Shown here piece by piece: positions 27,145 through 39,623 of a stretch of DNA of 64,000 bases. The notes under the pieces were generated by a model. The model was not told the origin of the DNA and did not search any database. It was given only the letters and a program-made list of their open reading frames with translations. Positions within the stretch are counted from its first letter, which is position 1. Every line of letters starts with the position of its first letter. The DNA comes from Octopus vulgaris (lineage: Eukaryota): NCBI GenBank assembly GCA_951406725.2, contig OX597817.1, forward strand, positions 22,382,001-22,446,000, given 5' to 3'. The translations under genes were made by a program, and so were the position numbers.

Positions 27145-27476
27145 ACTGGTCCCAGCAATGCCATCACACTTCAGGACAAATTACTGCAACAGCCTGGGTT
27201 TCAAGGGCCCACAGCTTTTTAATATTCTCCCAAAGAGTCTGAAGAATTTGCACAAAGTAGATGTAGGGGGTTTTTAAATCAAAGCTGGACCTCTTCTTGT
27301 CGAGAGTCCCAGATGAACCTACCTCATGGCAAGAGGTGCAAATGAGGGTAGCTATATCAAACTCCATTCTTCACCAAGTGCCACATATTAGAGGAGACTC
27401 TTAGTAATAACAGTGTAGTAAAAACAACAGTGCATCAGCATGGCCGCAGCTCTGAGCTGAAATTAGAGAGAATAAA
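27145..27476 (+). mobile_element. CR1-group LINE 3' end
   Basis: NSLGFKGPQLFNILPKSLKN..VFKSKLDLFLSRVPDEP..SNSILHQ, then a 3' hairpin CAGCTC-T-GAGCTG. Confidence 0.85.
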
Positions 27477-28219
27477 AAAAAAAAAGCTAGCAATTCTTAG
27501 AGGTCAGGAGTTAATTAATCACATTGAACCGAGTTGTTGACTGTCACTTTATTTTATGAAACCTGAAAGGATGAAAAGCAAAGCTGACTTTGGTGGTATT
27601 TGAACACAAAATGTAAAGTGCTAGAAGAAATGCTAGTAATCATTGCTAACAGTTCTGCCAGCTTACTGCCTTAAGCCTAGTAAAATAATGTGTGGTACTT
27701 TGGGCAAATATTGTCATGGCTTCATGCTGACCCAAGCTTATTGCATGCAATTTAGATAGAAATTCTTAATATAAGTTTATAGACTTAACCTGTCATCTTC
27801 ATATCACTATCTGGCCTGTGCATGCCTTTAGTGGAGCGAATTATATTGCAAGCATTTGAAGCAGTCTCCAGCTTAAAGTTACTTACTCTCTTCATCTGAC
27901 CAGTCACAGAAGCCCTGAGAAGAGCCATGGGCATTACTCTCATTTCTCTGACTAAGCTGTATATAAAAAAAGGGAAAATCTTGGGAGACATAATCAAAAA
28001 TATTCCCCCACCCACTAAATTTGAAATGTACTTATGTTAGAAATCATGATCATTGCAATTATTAGAATGGTAGAGTAACTAGAATATATGATTTCTGTAT
28101 AAATAGTTTTGCAGTATTTACTTTTGCACCTCTACATTGTGATTTCATATTATTCTAGTGTGCACTGTTGTCAGCACTATGAAAGTGACATACTGATATA
28201 TACAAAGGTGTATATCAAT

Positions 28220-28221
<2 letters not shown>

Positions 28222-28304
<83 letters not shown>

Positions 28305-28312
28305 TGTGTGTG
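28222..28312. repeat. (TG)n microsatellite
   Basis: Direct reading. Confidence 0.97.
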
Positions 28313-28339
28313 AGTCTGTCAGTCTGTATCTGTGTGCTT

Positions 28340-28666
28340 AGCACCATTCAAGTGTGATCGTTACCTGCGTTGCCTTACTAGGACATGTGCCGGTGGCTCG
28401 TGAACAAATCATTCGAGTGAGATCATTGCCAGTGCCGCTGGACTGACTCCTGTGCAGGTGGCACATAAAAAACACCATTTGAGTGCGGCCATTGCCAGTA
28501 CTGCCAGACTGGCTCTTGCGCAAGTGGCACATACAACTCTCAGAGTGGTTGGCGTTAGAAAGGGCTTCAAGCTGTAGAAACTCTGCCAGATCAGATTGGA
28601 GCCTGGCGCAGCCATCTGGTTCACCAGTCCTCAGTCAAATCGTCCAACCCATGCTAGCATGGAAAA
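28340..28666 (+). mobile_element. RTE LINE 3'UTR fragment with about three repeat units
   Basis: GGTGGCACATAAAAAACACC units and the conserved 3' segment. Confidence 0.8.
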
Positions 28667-28669
28667 GGA

Positions 28670-28860
28670 GGAGACCATCCAGAAGAGTTGCAGGATATTC
28701 CAAAGTCGTCTGGAGGTTGTGATTGAAGCCAATGGTGATTTTATTGAATAAGTTTACTCTTTAGTATATTCTTATGTAGTTTTGGTAAATATATCTGATA
28801 ATATGAGATGTCAGGATTACTTACAATTTTGCATAATTTTGATGACAGCTGCACCCTGTA
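28670..28860 (+). mobile_element. maT-like transposon 3' end with TIR
   Basis: ETIQKSCRIFQSRLEVVIEANGDFIE*, ending CACCCTG-TA. Confidence 0.75.
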
Positions 28861-29250
28861 TGTATGTATGTATGTATGTATGTATGTATGTATGTATGTG
28901 TGAGTGTATATATGTTTCTTTATTTATGTGTGTGTGAGTATGTGTCATCATCATCACTATCATCATCTTCATTATCATCATTTAACGGTCACTTTTCCAT
29001 GCTTGCATGGATCAGAAAGATTTTGTTGAGGTATATCTTTTACAGTTGGCTGCCTTTCCTGTTCCCAATTCTCGCCTGTTTCAAGCAAGGTATTATTTCC
29101 CATGGCCCCATATGTTTTCCACAGAGAACTGGAAGTGAACGACTTTGCTTGTATCACACTGATACACATTTATGGCCATCGTGTGAAGTTAAAACAAGAG
29201 CGTGCACAAACACACACACACAGGTATGCAAACACACGCACACACTCTCA

Positions 29251-29638
29251 CGGAGGCGCAATGGCCCAGTGGTTAGGGCAGCGGACTCGCGGTCATAGGA
29301 TCGCGGTTTTGATTCCCAGACCGGGCATTGTGAGTGTTTATTGAGCGCAAAACACCTAAAGCTCCACGAGGCCCCGGCAGGGGATGGTGGCGATCCCTGC
29401 TGTACTCTTTCACCACAACTTTCTCTCACTCTTACTTCCTGTTTCTGTTGTACCTGTATTCCAAAGGGCCGGCCTTGTCACTCTCTGTGTCACGCTGAAT
29501 ATCCCCGAGAACTACGTTAAGGGTACACGTGTCTGTGGAGTGCTCAGCCACTTACACGTTAATTTCACGAGCAGGCTGTTCCGTTGATTCGGATCAACCG
29601 GAACCCTCGTCGTCGTAACCGACGGAGTGCTTCCATCC
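29251..29638 (+). mobile_element. full-length tRNA-derived SINE family C
   Basis: tRNA-like head GGAGGCGCAATGGCCCAGTGGTTAGGGCAGCGGACTCGCGGTC..GATTCCC; related copies at 23410, 34490, 62085, 63567. Confidence 0.9.
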
Positions 29639-30438
29639 ACACACTCTCACACACACCCATATTGATAGAGTCATCTAAACAGACTTTTGTAAGTCATCTC
29701 CACTCTTTGACCATTTTCTCAGTTTGAATATGAGACATTGACTTCGAGCCACCAGCAGTACCATCCCACCATCCTTTATTTAATATATGCCATTTTATCT
29801 CATCATATCGCCTTTCAATTCCATTTCAGCCAACTCTTTTATTCTTTGCTTCGACTTTTGTTATCTCTCCTCCTTTTTCTTACAGTATTCTAAATGTCTC
29901 TTAGTTTCTTTGTTTCTTTATTATTTCCAGTATGTATTCATTTTAATGTTCTAATACCAGATTAATCTAGGACATTCTCCCACCTTTTATTGACTTGATA
30001 ACTAAAATATTACCTTAAGGTTTTGTATACAACTTGTATGATGTTTTAACCAACCTTTGTTCTATTATAATTCTTTCATTTTACTGTTTCTCTGCTATAA
30101 TGTGTGTCATTCACTTAAAATTATATATTACATTCTGTTGTCATCTATTAAATGTCAAATGTAATATAAATATAATATAATTAATTGTCAGCTTCTATCC
30201 TATGAATTCATATTTCACATACAATTGTTATCTCAGTGATCAGGAACAAGTAATTAATAGTAGAACACTCTTAATACCCATCCCTGTTGGGAAACCATTC
30301 AAATGTATTATTACTGAGAAAACCTTGGTAATAATATCGTATTATTGAAATACATTATTCAGGGGCTATTTTTGTCCGAAGGAGCTCAGGCTCTGGTCTA
30401 TGAACATCTTTTACAGCTAGAAAACAAAATGTAGTCAA

Positions 30439-31002
30439 CATCATCGTCATCATCATCATCGTTTAGCGTCCGTTTTCCATGCTAGCATGGGTTGGACGGT
30501 TCTACTGGGGTCTGTGAAGCCAGAAGGCTTCATCAGGCCCAGTCAAATCTGGCAGTGTTTCTACGGCTGGATGCCCTTCCTAACGCCAACCACTCCGTGA
30601 GTGTAGTGGGTGCTTTTTACGTGCCACCCGCACTGGTGCCAGACAGAGCTGGCAAACGGCCACGAACGGATGGTGCTTTTTATGTGCCACCGGCACGAGG
30701 GCCAGGCGAGGCTGGCAACGGACACGAAACGGGGCGGTGCTGGCAATGGTCGTGAAACGGAAAGTTCTCTTACATGCCACCGGCACTGGTAACACATCTG
30801 CAATTTCCATTGATCGATTTCCATTGATCGATTTCGATTCTGATCGTCACTTGCCTCAACGGGTCTTCACAAGCAGAGTTTTGACATGCCACCGGCACTG
30901 GTAGCACATCCGCAATTTCCATTGATCGATTTCGATTCTGATCCTCACTTGCCTCATCACGTCTTCACAAGTAGAGTTTTGTGTCCCAAGAAGGGAAGGT
31001 AT
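30439..31002 (-). mobile_element. RTE LINE 3'UTR fragment with repeat units and a ~105-bp internal duplication
   Basis: (CAT)n, conserved segment, units; 30771-30883 repeated at 30884-30980. Confidence 0.85.
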
Positions 31003-31149
31003 GCAATGTATCATTTGTTTCAAAGCTTCTGTGGAAACATATCAGGCTACGGAGAAATATGGCATTACTTGGAAATATATGAGGGTAGGTAATAGGAATG
31101 GCATCTAAGCTATAAAAATCAGCCTTAATGAAATTCTGTCCAACCTATT

Positions 31150-31189
31150 ACTGTCCGATGAACAACAATGTGAAACTCTGAGTAACAGT
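31150..31189 (+). ncRNA. minimal hammerhead-like fold with CCGATGA core
   Basis: ACTGT-CCGATGA-ACA acaa TGT-GAAA-CTC t GAG-TA-ACAGT; all three stems pair; GUA triplet. Confidence 0.65.
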
Positions 31190-31394
31190 TTCTGAAGATT
31201 TTTTTGGCTTTAATAAGAAGTATTAAAATCCAAAATATAGACAAACACCAATTTTTGCTATGTGATTGATTTGACTAAGTTTTGAAGAATTTCTTTAACA
31301 TGAAACCAATGGTAGCCTTAATATACTAATACAGAATTTTTATCTACCAATGCAGCATTGAACACTCATTCTGACTGTTTGATATTTACGTGTA

Positions 31395-31434
<40 letters not shown>

Positions 31435-31444
<10 letters not shown>

Positions 31445-31791
31445 TAAAAATATAATTAAAATTAAGGGCACTGGAATGCCAGCACCTTATACACAAGAAG
31501 TAGATGTCAAATACCTACAATCCACTCTAAATTTGTTCTCTATTTATTTTGTAAATACTTCTTGCTCATTTCTTCACACTTGACCTTGGGTTATAAATAG
31601 AGAGCAAGTATAGAGGGGATTGTATGTATTGGACATCTACTGCTAGTGTATTGGCGCTGACATTCCAGTGCCCTTAATTATGATTATATTTTTATAATTA
31701 TATACTTAAAAATTAATTTTACTGATATGGTCGTTTTTTACATGCTAGCCATTGATGTAATCATGTTAATGATTGTTTCCTCAATTTACAA
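31435..31791 (-). mobile_element. PLE-like inverted-repeat element (~112-bp arms plus tail)
   Basis: 31435-31547 pairs with 31593-31704; tail (minus strand ATCAATGGCTAGCATGTAAAAAACGACCAT) resembles 4338-4366 and 35640-35663. Confidence 0.7.
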
Positions 31792-31799
31792 GTATATAT

Positions 31800-31991
31800 A
31801 TAAACAACGACTGATCGCTAACTCCAAAAGTGTTTTTATTCTTTCTTTGTTTATTTCCTCATGTTCTTTTCTGTTGAAGAGCATAGGCTCGAAACATAAA
31901 AGACTTTCTCACCTTCCTGAGTGTCAAACTAATACACCTGCTTGTTGGTTATACACCTGTCTTTGTCTTTTGTTTTTCTGTAAATTTCAAC

Positions 31992-31992
<1 letters not shown>
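31800..31992 (+). mobile_element. PLE-like fragment with atypical hammerhead (31866-31903)
   Basis: CTTTT-CTGTTGA-A-GAGC atag GCTC-GAAA-CA-TA-AAAG; same family as 45550-45712. Confidence 0.55.
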
Positions 31993-32039
<47 letters not shown>

Positions 32040-32049
32040 TGTATGTATA

Positions 32050-32605
32050 TGCCAGGTCACTTTCGTGTGCTACTGGTAACATGTAGCCCAGTACAACCTG
32101 TTGCATGGTCGGGTCGTCAGCGACTAACCCGGCACCCCCACCAAGCTTGCTTGATGAGGAGGGTGTTTATTGGACACCCTGCAGGATAAAAAACAAAACC
32201 CGTCAAAGGGTGGAGGTACTCTTGAGAGTCAACGGCCATCTAATGTATGTCTTAAGGCTGTATCATGTGCAGGGACATAGAAATAATCGGACTGAATAGC
32301 CGATTGCGCGGTTAAACCATTGGGAGTGTAGGACTCCTAGCCTTTGTTAGGGCATCCTTCTAGGAGAAGGTAACTCAGGTAACTGGGATAACTCCGACAT
32401 AAAACCTGCGACTCAGTGGTTACCGATGATGTTGACTTGTTCTTCTTTTCGGATTATGGCTGCTGTTGCTTAGTGAGTGGGATTGACTCAGTGCACAGCC
32501 TTTCCTCACTTTAAAAAAAATCTTCTTGCACAGGCATTGCATGATAACAACATTGATTAAGCTTCGCGCAATGGCCATACTCGATAACGAGGGGGGCAGC
32601 CACCA
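32050..32605 (+). mobile_element. GC-richer non-coding retroelement, probably a non-autonomous RTE derivative, in (TATG)n
   Basis: Flanked on both sides by (TATG)n; contains GGGCATCCTTCTAGGAGAAGGTAACTC, similar to RTE 5'UTR motifs as recalled; no coding similarity recognised. Confidence 0.5.
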
Positions 32606-34210
32606 TGTATGTATGTATGTATGTGTAATGTATAAAGTGTGTTGGTTGGCACGATGCTTTACCAAATGTTTTGATCTTAGTAAACAGTTGTACACTCTAT
32701 TCCTATACTCCAAACAGTTTGACAACAGCCATCGTATCTCAGCATAGGTTAGTGTGCAAAATTTGAACAACATTATACATGATTGAGAAGACATAAAACT
32801 TAGTTATTTTTTTTACACTGATTGTCACAACCATTCAAGCAAGCCAGTTGGCATGTTGCATAATCCAGTCGGCTTACTGTCTTTGTATTATCAGCAAAAA
32901 ATGCAACGCAAGGTTTATTGCACTAGGCTCCAATCTGATCTGGGAATGTTTCTACAGCTGGATGCCCTTCCTAATGCCAACCACTCTGAGTGTGTACTGG
33001 GTTGTGTGTGTGTGTGTGTGTCTGAAGGCACAGGACTTAGTGGTTTGGGCATTTGTTTCACAATTATAAGGTCATGAATTTGACTGCTCCAGTCCATTCA
33101 GCTGGCAGAAATGAGCTGTAGATAAATTTCCCATGCATATCGCTTGCTGGTAGGCATATTGTAGTAAGCATGTAAATTATAGCTAAACATGTATTTTCCG
33201 GGTACACTTGTGAATTGTAAGCAAGCTGGTATTGCAGAATAAAGGTGACACAGGAGTGAGATAATAGGAGGTGCTTAGAGAGTAGTCATAGAGAAGAGAG
33301 AACGGCAGAGATGGACATACTGATACACAGAGACTTCTCCAAGCACAATTCATATCTATAGACAGAGAAAGGAAGAAAATAATTGGAGAGCATTTGGTTG
33401 GTGTAGTAATCATAACAAAATAATTACAATAACAGTAACAACAGCCTGTGGCGTATATCAAAATATGAAAGCTAGACGATATATTTTACCTTCTTGACGT
33501 TTTTATGGTATTTGGGTCAAATTAATAATTTGGCAGACATAGGCCTTGGCCAGTGTATTTGTAAATAGCTCTGTAAATCAGTGTCATTCGCAGGTTGTCT
33601 GGTCATGTACATGGGCACGCTCACACATACACACATCTATTCATGCACACATACCCATATGTATAGTCACACATACTGATAGTTCCGCATACTTGCACAG
33701 GCATCCATACATGTGTTGTCAGGCTATATGAACACGCACACACATGCACACATATACACACACGCACATTCACATATATACATGTTCCTATTTTTCTTTC
33801 TATTCTCCATCACAGCCTTTATCTCTTCTCCTTCATACCTTACTCTCTTAGCACCATACAATTATCTCACCCTGGTATCTCGCTCTATTCAGCTACACAA
33901 ATTTGCTTACCTACAATATGTATGGCTGGGATATATAAGGACATGTAACAAACATTGCATTGTATATTTTGCTGATAATACCAAACGAATACGTCAAGGG
34001 GTGAAGCAAAAGATCATTTGGCTTGCAGAAATGTGCTTTTTTATGTAAAGCATAAAAATACCAACTGCATTTTCTATATTCTATCAACATAATATAAAAT
34101 AGTATAAGAAAATAAAATATATGTAATATGCTTGTGTGTGTTCATATGTATATATATATATATATATATACATATGGACTTGTGCATATGCATATATATA
34201 TATATGTATG

Positions 34211-34270
<60 letters not shown>

Positions 34271-34283
34271 CATACATATATAT

Positions 34284-34284
<1 letters not shown>

Positions 34285-34315
<31 letters not shown>

Positions 34316-34475
34316 TTTTTAACATCTGTTTTCCATGTTGGCATGGGTCAGATGGTTTGACTGAGGTCTGGAAAGCCAAAGCCAGCTCCTGCACCAGGCT
34401 TCAGAGTCTGATCTGGCAATATTTCTATAGCTGGATGCCCTTCCTAATGCCAACCACTCCGAGTGTGTAGTGGGT
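34285..34475 (-). mobile_element. RTE LINE 3' end fragment
   Basis: (CAT)n plus CTGGATGCCCTTCCTAATGCCAACCAC. Confidence 0.8.
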
Positions 34476-34489
34476 TATATGTGTGTCTG

Positions 34490-34735
34490 TGAAGGCTCAG
34501 GGTTTAGTGGTCTGGGCATTTGTTTCACTATTATAAGGTCATGAATTTGATACCTGATGATGCTTTGTGTCCTTGAGCAAGACACTTTATTTCACATTGC
34601 TCCAGTCCACTCAGCTGGCAAAAATGAGTTGTACATAAATTTCCAAGGGCTGGCCTTGTCACATTAGTTTCATGATCAGGATGTTCCATTGATTGGATCA
34701 ACTGGAACGTCTGTTGTCGTAACTGATGAAGTGCC
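34490..34735 (+). mobile_element. degenerate family C-related SINE
   Basis: TCCTTGAGCAAGACAC and GGATCAACTGGAAC..GTCGTAAC segments. Confidence 0.7.
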
Positions 34736-34774
34736 AGTTATTTTCATATATCTGTAAACTATATCAATAATTAT

Positions 34775-35102
34775 ATTCTTTTATTCTTTTATTTGTTTCA
34801 GTCATTTAACTGTGGCCATGCTGGAGCACTGCATTTAGTCGAGCAAATCGACTCCAGGACTTATCCTTTATCAGTTTCTTTTGCCAAACCGCTAAGTTAC
34901 GGGGATATATGCACACCAGCATCAGTTGTCAAGCAATGTTGGGGGGACAAACACACATGTATATATAAATATATATACATACACATACACCTACACGCAC
35001 CCCACCCAACCCCAAACCCCCCATATATATATATATATATATATGACAGGCTTCTTTCAGTTTCCATCTACCAAATCCACTCACAAAGCTTTGGTCAGCC
35101 TG
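34775..35102 (-). mobile_element. SINE family B, partial
   Basis: Reverse complement of the B tail and body. Confidence 0.85.
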
Positions 35103-35205
35103 AGTGTTTTCCTTAATCAATTAAAGGAGTCGCTTGAAACGACTGCAATGAATTGAGACCTGTTGATATTTTATTCACCAAACTTGGAATCTGCACTTCA
35201 GAATC

Positions 35206-35272
<67 letters not shown>

Positions 35273-35315
35273 AATAAATAAATGGAGTTTAACGCAGGTG
35301 TAATCAAATATTTTT

Positions 35316-35401
35316 ACTTTCGACACATGTTTCGAAAATTCCACTGATACTATTCAAAAGAATAAATGGTATAAACAATGCAATCTTCTCCTCAGGAAAG
35401 T
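35316..35401 (-). ncRNA. type I hammerhead ribozyme in a PLE-like fragment (35272-35552)
   Basis: Minus strand: ACTTTC-CTGAGGA-GAAGATT...AATTTTC-GAAA-CATGT-GTC-GAAAGT; second copy at 55350-55435. Confidence 0.8.
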
Positions 35402-35544
35402 GAAAAAAATATTCAACGTAAACACGAAGTTTCTACCTTTATAAACAAGGAGTTACAACACCTTTACTTGTGAGATTTTTGCTGCCCTGGTAACTATTTA
35501 TTTATTTTTTCCGTGTTAATTGTTAACAAGGTAAAAATACACTC

Positions 35545-35585
<41 letters not shown>

Positions 35586-35588
<3 letters not shown>

Positions 35589-36070
35589 AATAAAGAAGGG
35601 GGGGAATGAATTAATTATTAATTAATTCGACAGAGCAGTGTTCGGTATGTAAAAAGACCATTTACGGTATATTTGAAATATTACTTTATAAAAATAGGGT
35701 AAAGTAAAATAAAATATTTGTATTTTTGGATTTGCTAGAACTGGTGGTCTGGCATGGTTTGTCTGGTGTTACATATATCGGATGGGTATGTTTGATTCTT
35801 AGTACTTTCAAATCTAAATCAGAAGAAATCTCTGAGCTGATGAAGGAAATGTTGGTGTTTAATCCACTAATCCAGAAACAGGCTGTCCTCGGGTATCTTA
35901 TATGGATGCGATCTTTCGTTGTTTTTCCCTTATACCTATGTGAGTTATTTCTGAGTATACATTGTCTGGGAGACTTTTTCTTGCAGTAGAAGAAATAGCC
36001 AAATTTTTGGCTGCTATTTCTAAAAAGCTCGGTGTGTGGTAAAGTTATTTTACTTTACCCTATTTTTATA
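35586..36070 (+). mobile_element. PLE-like element with 26-bp inverted repeat, inserted in (TA)n
   Basis: Perfect inverted repeat 35687-35712/36045-36070; internal hammerhead. Confidence 0.7.
35831..35893 (+). ncRNA. type I hammerhead ribozyme, canonical core
   Basis: TCTGAG/CTCGGG stem I, CTGATGA 35837-35843, stem II GGA..TCC with inner TGGTG/CACTA, GAAA 35875-35878, CAG-G-CTG, GUC 35885-35887. Confidence 0.8.
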
Positions 36071-36539
36071 TATATATATATATATTTACATGCACACACA
36101 CACACATGCTCATTTCCATACAAGCACTCATGCATACACATGCAAACATATTCTCTTATTCTACACCCTTTCTGTTCTGCCACTTATCACCTCCTACTAC
36201 TGCACCATTTACATTTCTTATCCCCTTCTCCTCCAGTCTTATATCTACCATCGACCACACTCCCACTATTGTTCACCATTCAATACATTCACCTCTACCC
36301 CCATCTCCAACTATCTGTCATTTTTCTCTCCCACTCATGCAAGCTTATCCCTTAATTTTTCAATTCTGCTATTTTAGCCTTCTTGCAGCTTCCCAGAGCT
36401 TCATTTGAGTAAAGCATCAACAGTATTTTGCTAATTCCTTTATTGATTTCTATTTAGTGCATGGCTAAGTCGTCCATTGGCATAAAAGAATAAAACTCAA
36501 AAGAGCACTTTATGGACGATACACAAACACACGGTGCTT

Positions 36540-36820
36540 TTTTTTGTGCAGGTGGCACATAAAAAGCACCATTTGAGCGTGGTTGTTGCCAGTAGCACCT
36601 AACTGGCCCTTGTACCGGTGGCACATAAAAGCACCCACTACACTCTCGGAGTGGCTGGTATTAGGAAGGGCATCCAGCAGTAGAAACTCTGCCAAATCAG
36701 ATTGGAGCTTGGTGCAGCCATCTGGTTTGCCAGACCTCAGCCAAATCGTCCAACCCATGCTAGCATGGAAAGCGGACGTTAAACGATGATGATGACGATG
36801 ATGATGATTATGATGATGAT
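36540..36820 (+). mobile_element. RTE LINE 3' end fragment (two units)
   Basis: Units, conserved segment, (GAT)n tail. Confidence 0.85.
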
Positions 36821-37360
36821 AGTGTTGCCTGTAATATTTCTATAAAGTTTCCATCTACCAAATTTCATTCACAGGTCACTGATTAACCTACACTTGAAAA
36901 AGAAGAAACTTGCTTATGATTCCACTCTCTGGTGTTGACCCCAGAACCATGTAGTTGCTGTATAAACATCTTAACCACATAGCCAGGCTTGTGCACTTTA
37001 AATTTCAGTACTTTGAAAATTCAGTTATATACAAAGTTCTCGTACACTTCTCAGTCTCTCTTCAGTAAATATCTCTATGCGAGCCATTAATTTCCTCCCC
37101 TCAACTTATAACATAACTTGAACTACTTTATATCCACACAACCATATTTCTTTTCATCCATTTATCCAACCAATCATCCATTTATCCATCCATCAAATTT
37201 ATGTCATTATCCCCAGTTCCCAGTCTTATGTGTGTGTGTGTGTGTGTGTGGGTGGATGGGTCTTTCTCTCTTCCTCTAATATATAAATATATATATATAT
37301 ATGCTTGTGTATCTTTCTCTCTCTCCATTTACACATACACACACACACACGCACATAAAT

Positions 37361-37412
<52 letters not shown>

Positions 37413-37551
37413 CATCATCATCGTTTAACATCCGCTTTCCATATGTTTTTTTTTTTTTTTTTTTTTTTATGTGTGTGTGTATATATATATATATGTATAT
37501 ATATATGTATAGATATATATGTATATATATATATGCATAGATATATATTTT

Positions 37552-37641
<90 letters not shown>

Positions 37642-38198
37642 CATATATACATATACACACACACACATATATATATACATATATATATACATATATGTAT
37701 ACATACATGTACATAAATATCTATCAATCATCTAGACAGTAGGATTCTCTGCTTTAATTGCTTTCATGACATCACATATCTGACCCATGCATGACATATA
37801 CATCTTAATGTGCAAAAGGAGATTACCTTACTGGTCAGATGCTATGGAACGGCTTCTAGCAAATTAATGTTTGTATGTAACAGTAGTCACTTCTAGATAT
37901 GGTCTTTTTCTCCATTGATTTTAAAAGTAAAGGTGGATGGTGTTCTAAGTTTTAGTTAATGGTAGATTTGTAGCTGGTCACTTTGTCAGAAAATAGGACT
38001 AGTGTCTGCTGATCAACAGACCATCTTCCTGAGAATTTCTTTTACCAAAACACATACTTTTTTATTCGTTATTCATTTATTTATTTTTTATTATTATCAT
38101 TATTATTATTATTATCATCATCATCAAGAACATCATCATCATCATCATCGTCGTCGTCGTCGTCGTCGTCGTCATCATCATCATCATCATCATCATCC

Positions 38199-38258
<60 letters not shown>

Positions 38259-38518
38259 GTCAGTTGTTTTATTTTTATAGCGTGCTTTCACTTCACTACC
38301 GAGCACAGCTCTGTGTGCCTTGGGTATGTGCTGTGGTTTGGTATGATGCTCTTATGGTTACGGTATTGAAAGTGTTTTACGTAGGATGTGTGCAGTGCCA
38401 AGTAGTGCAATTTTCTGTATGTTATATATATTTGTAAGTCCTGGTGTTTTTATTATGTATTTGTCTGAATATTTTTTTATCATACCTAATGCACCTACTA
38501 TGATAGGAATTGTTTCTG

Positions 38519-38522
<4 letters not shown>
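38259..38522 (-). mobile_element. R4/Dong-like LINE 3' fragment 1
   Basis: TIPIIVGALGMIKK...IQKIALLGTAHILRKTL* (REL endonuclease C-terminus) and (TAA)n tail. Confidence 0.85.
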
Positions 38523-38572
<50 letters not shown>

Positions 38573-38963
38573 CATTTTTTTTTCTTCTTTCAAATTTGCT
38601 TCCATTTCTTGCCGGGTGTCTTCCTGACTCCTAGGGCAAAGAAACTCATAGTATACATTGGTAGGCCATTAAACCAAACTCAATAGTTCGTTCATTTTTT
38701 TTTTAAGTTAAATTAAAATACATGAGCAGCAACAGTTCTCACATCGACAATGCTCTTCTCAATACGTGTGATATACCAGTTAAGACAATCTTTTGCACTT
38801 CTTGCAGGGATGGTAAGTCAGGGATCATTCTCATATAATTTTCGGTTCCCTTCTTGATCATTCCTAGTGCTCCTACGATCACTGGTATTGTAACCGCCTT
38901 GAGATGCCACATTTTCTCAATTTCAATGAGTAGGTCTTTATATTTTCTGAGCTTGTCAAACTC
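38573..38963 (-). mobile_element. R4/Dong-like LINE 3' fragment 2
   Basis: KLRKYKDLLIEIEKMWHLKAVTIPVIVGALGMIKKG...VQKIVLTGISHVLRRAL. Confidence 0.9.
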
Positions 38964-39003
<40 letters not shown>

Positions 39004-39005
<2 letters not shown>

Positions 39006-39321
39006 TATGTTTGACTTTTGCTTTACATTTGCACATGCTGGCTCCAAGTCTCACCCAGAGACCTCAAGAGACAACAAGTTGGAAGTTCATGTTGGTGTTA
39101 TGCCTACGGTGCCATATATTTGGTTTTGTACTTAGTGTTGTACTAGTGAATGCCTAAAACAACCATACAAAAATTATGTTTGTTTTAAAACTTGAGATTA
39201 CAAAGAAAGTATTTTGCGTAGGATATAAGCAGTTCCCATGAGCACTATCTTTTGAATTTCTGCCATTTTGGGGTTTCCTGGTATCTGAGTTAGGTAGCAA
39301 TCAGCCCCTTTTGCTATCATT
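39004..39321 (-). mobile_element. R4/Dong-like LINE 3' fragment 3
   Basis: MIAKGADCYLTQIPGNPKMAEIQKIVLMGTAYILRKILSL*. Confidence 0.85.
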
Positions 39322-39623
39322 TATTATTATTATTATTATTATTATTAATATCATTTTTTTTGATTATGTCCTTGAGACTTCATAGTTAGTTTCAGTTCTC
39401 CGTTAAAAGAATTGATTTTTGTTATGTAGACTTAACTCAGCTGCTTCATCTGAGGGAATATGGTTACTGCTTCTAGCAGGTGAAGCAAATGTGCAGTGGC
39501 TCCTTCATTGGGAAATTGAAGCAAGGGTCAAGTGTTTCCTGGCTTGCAGATCAACTTGTGGTGTAAGCATGGAGAAAGCAAGAGAAAAATATTCTTTCTT
39601 CATTCCTTTATTTCTGTCTCTTA

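Noticed and set aside
29251-29325. tRNA gene
   Set aside because: The tRNA-like head continues into a multi-copy SINE body; same for families A and B
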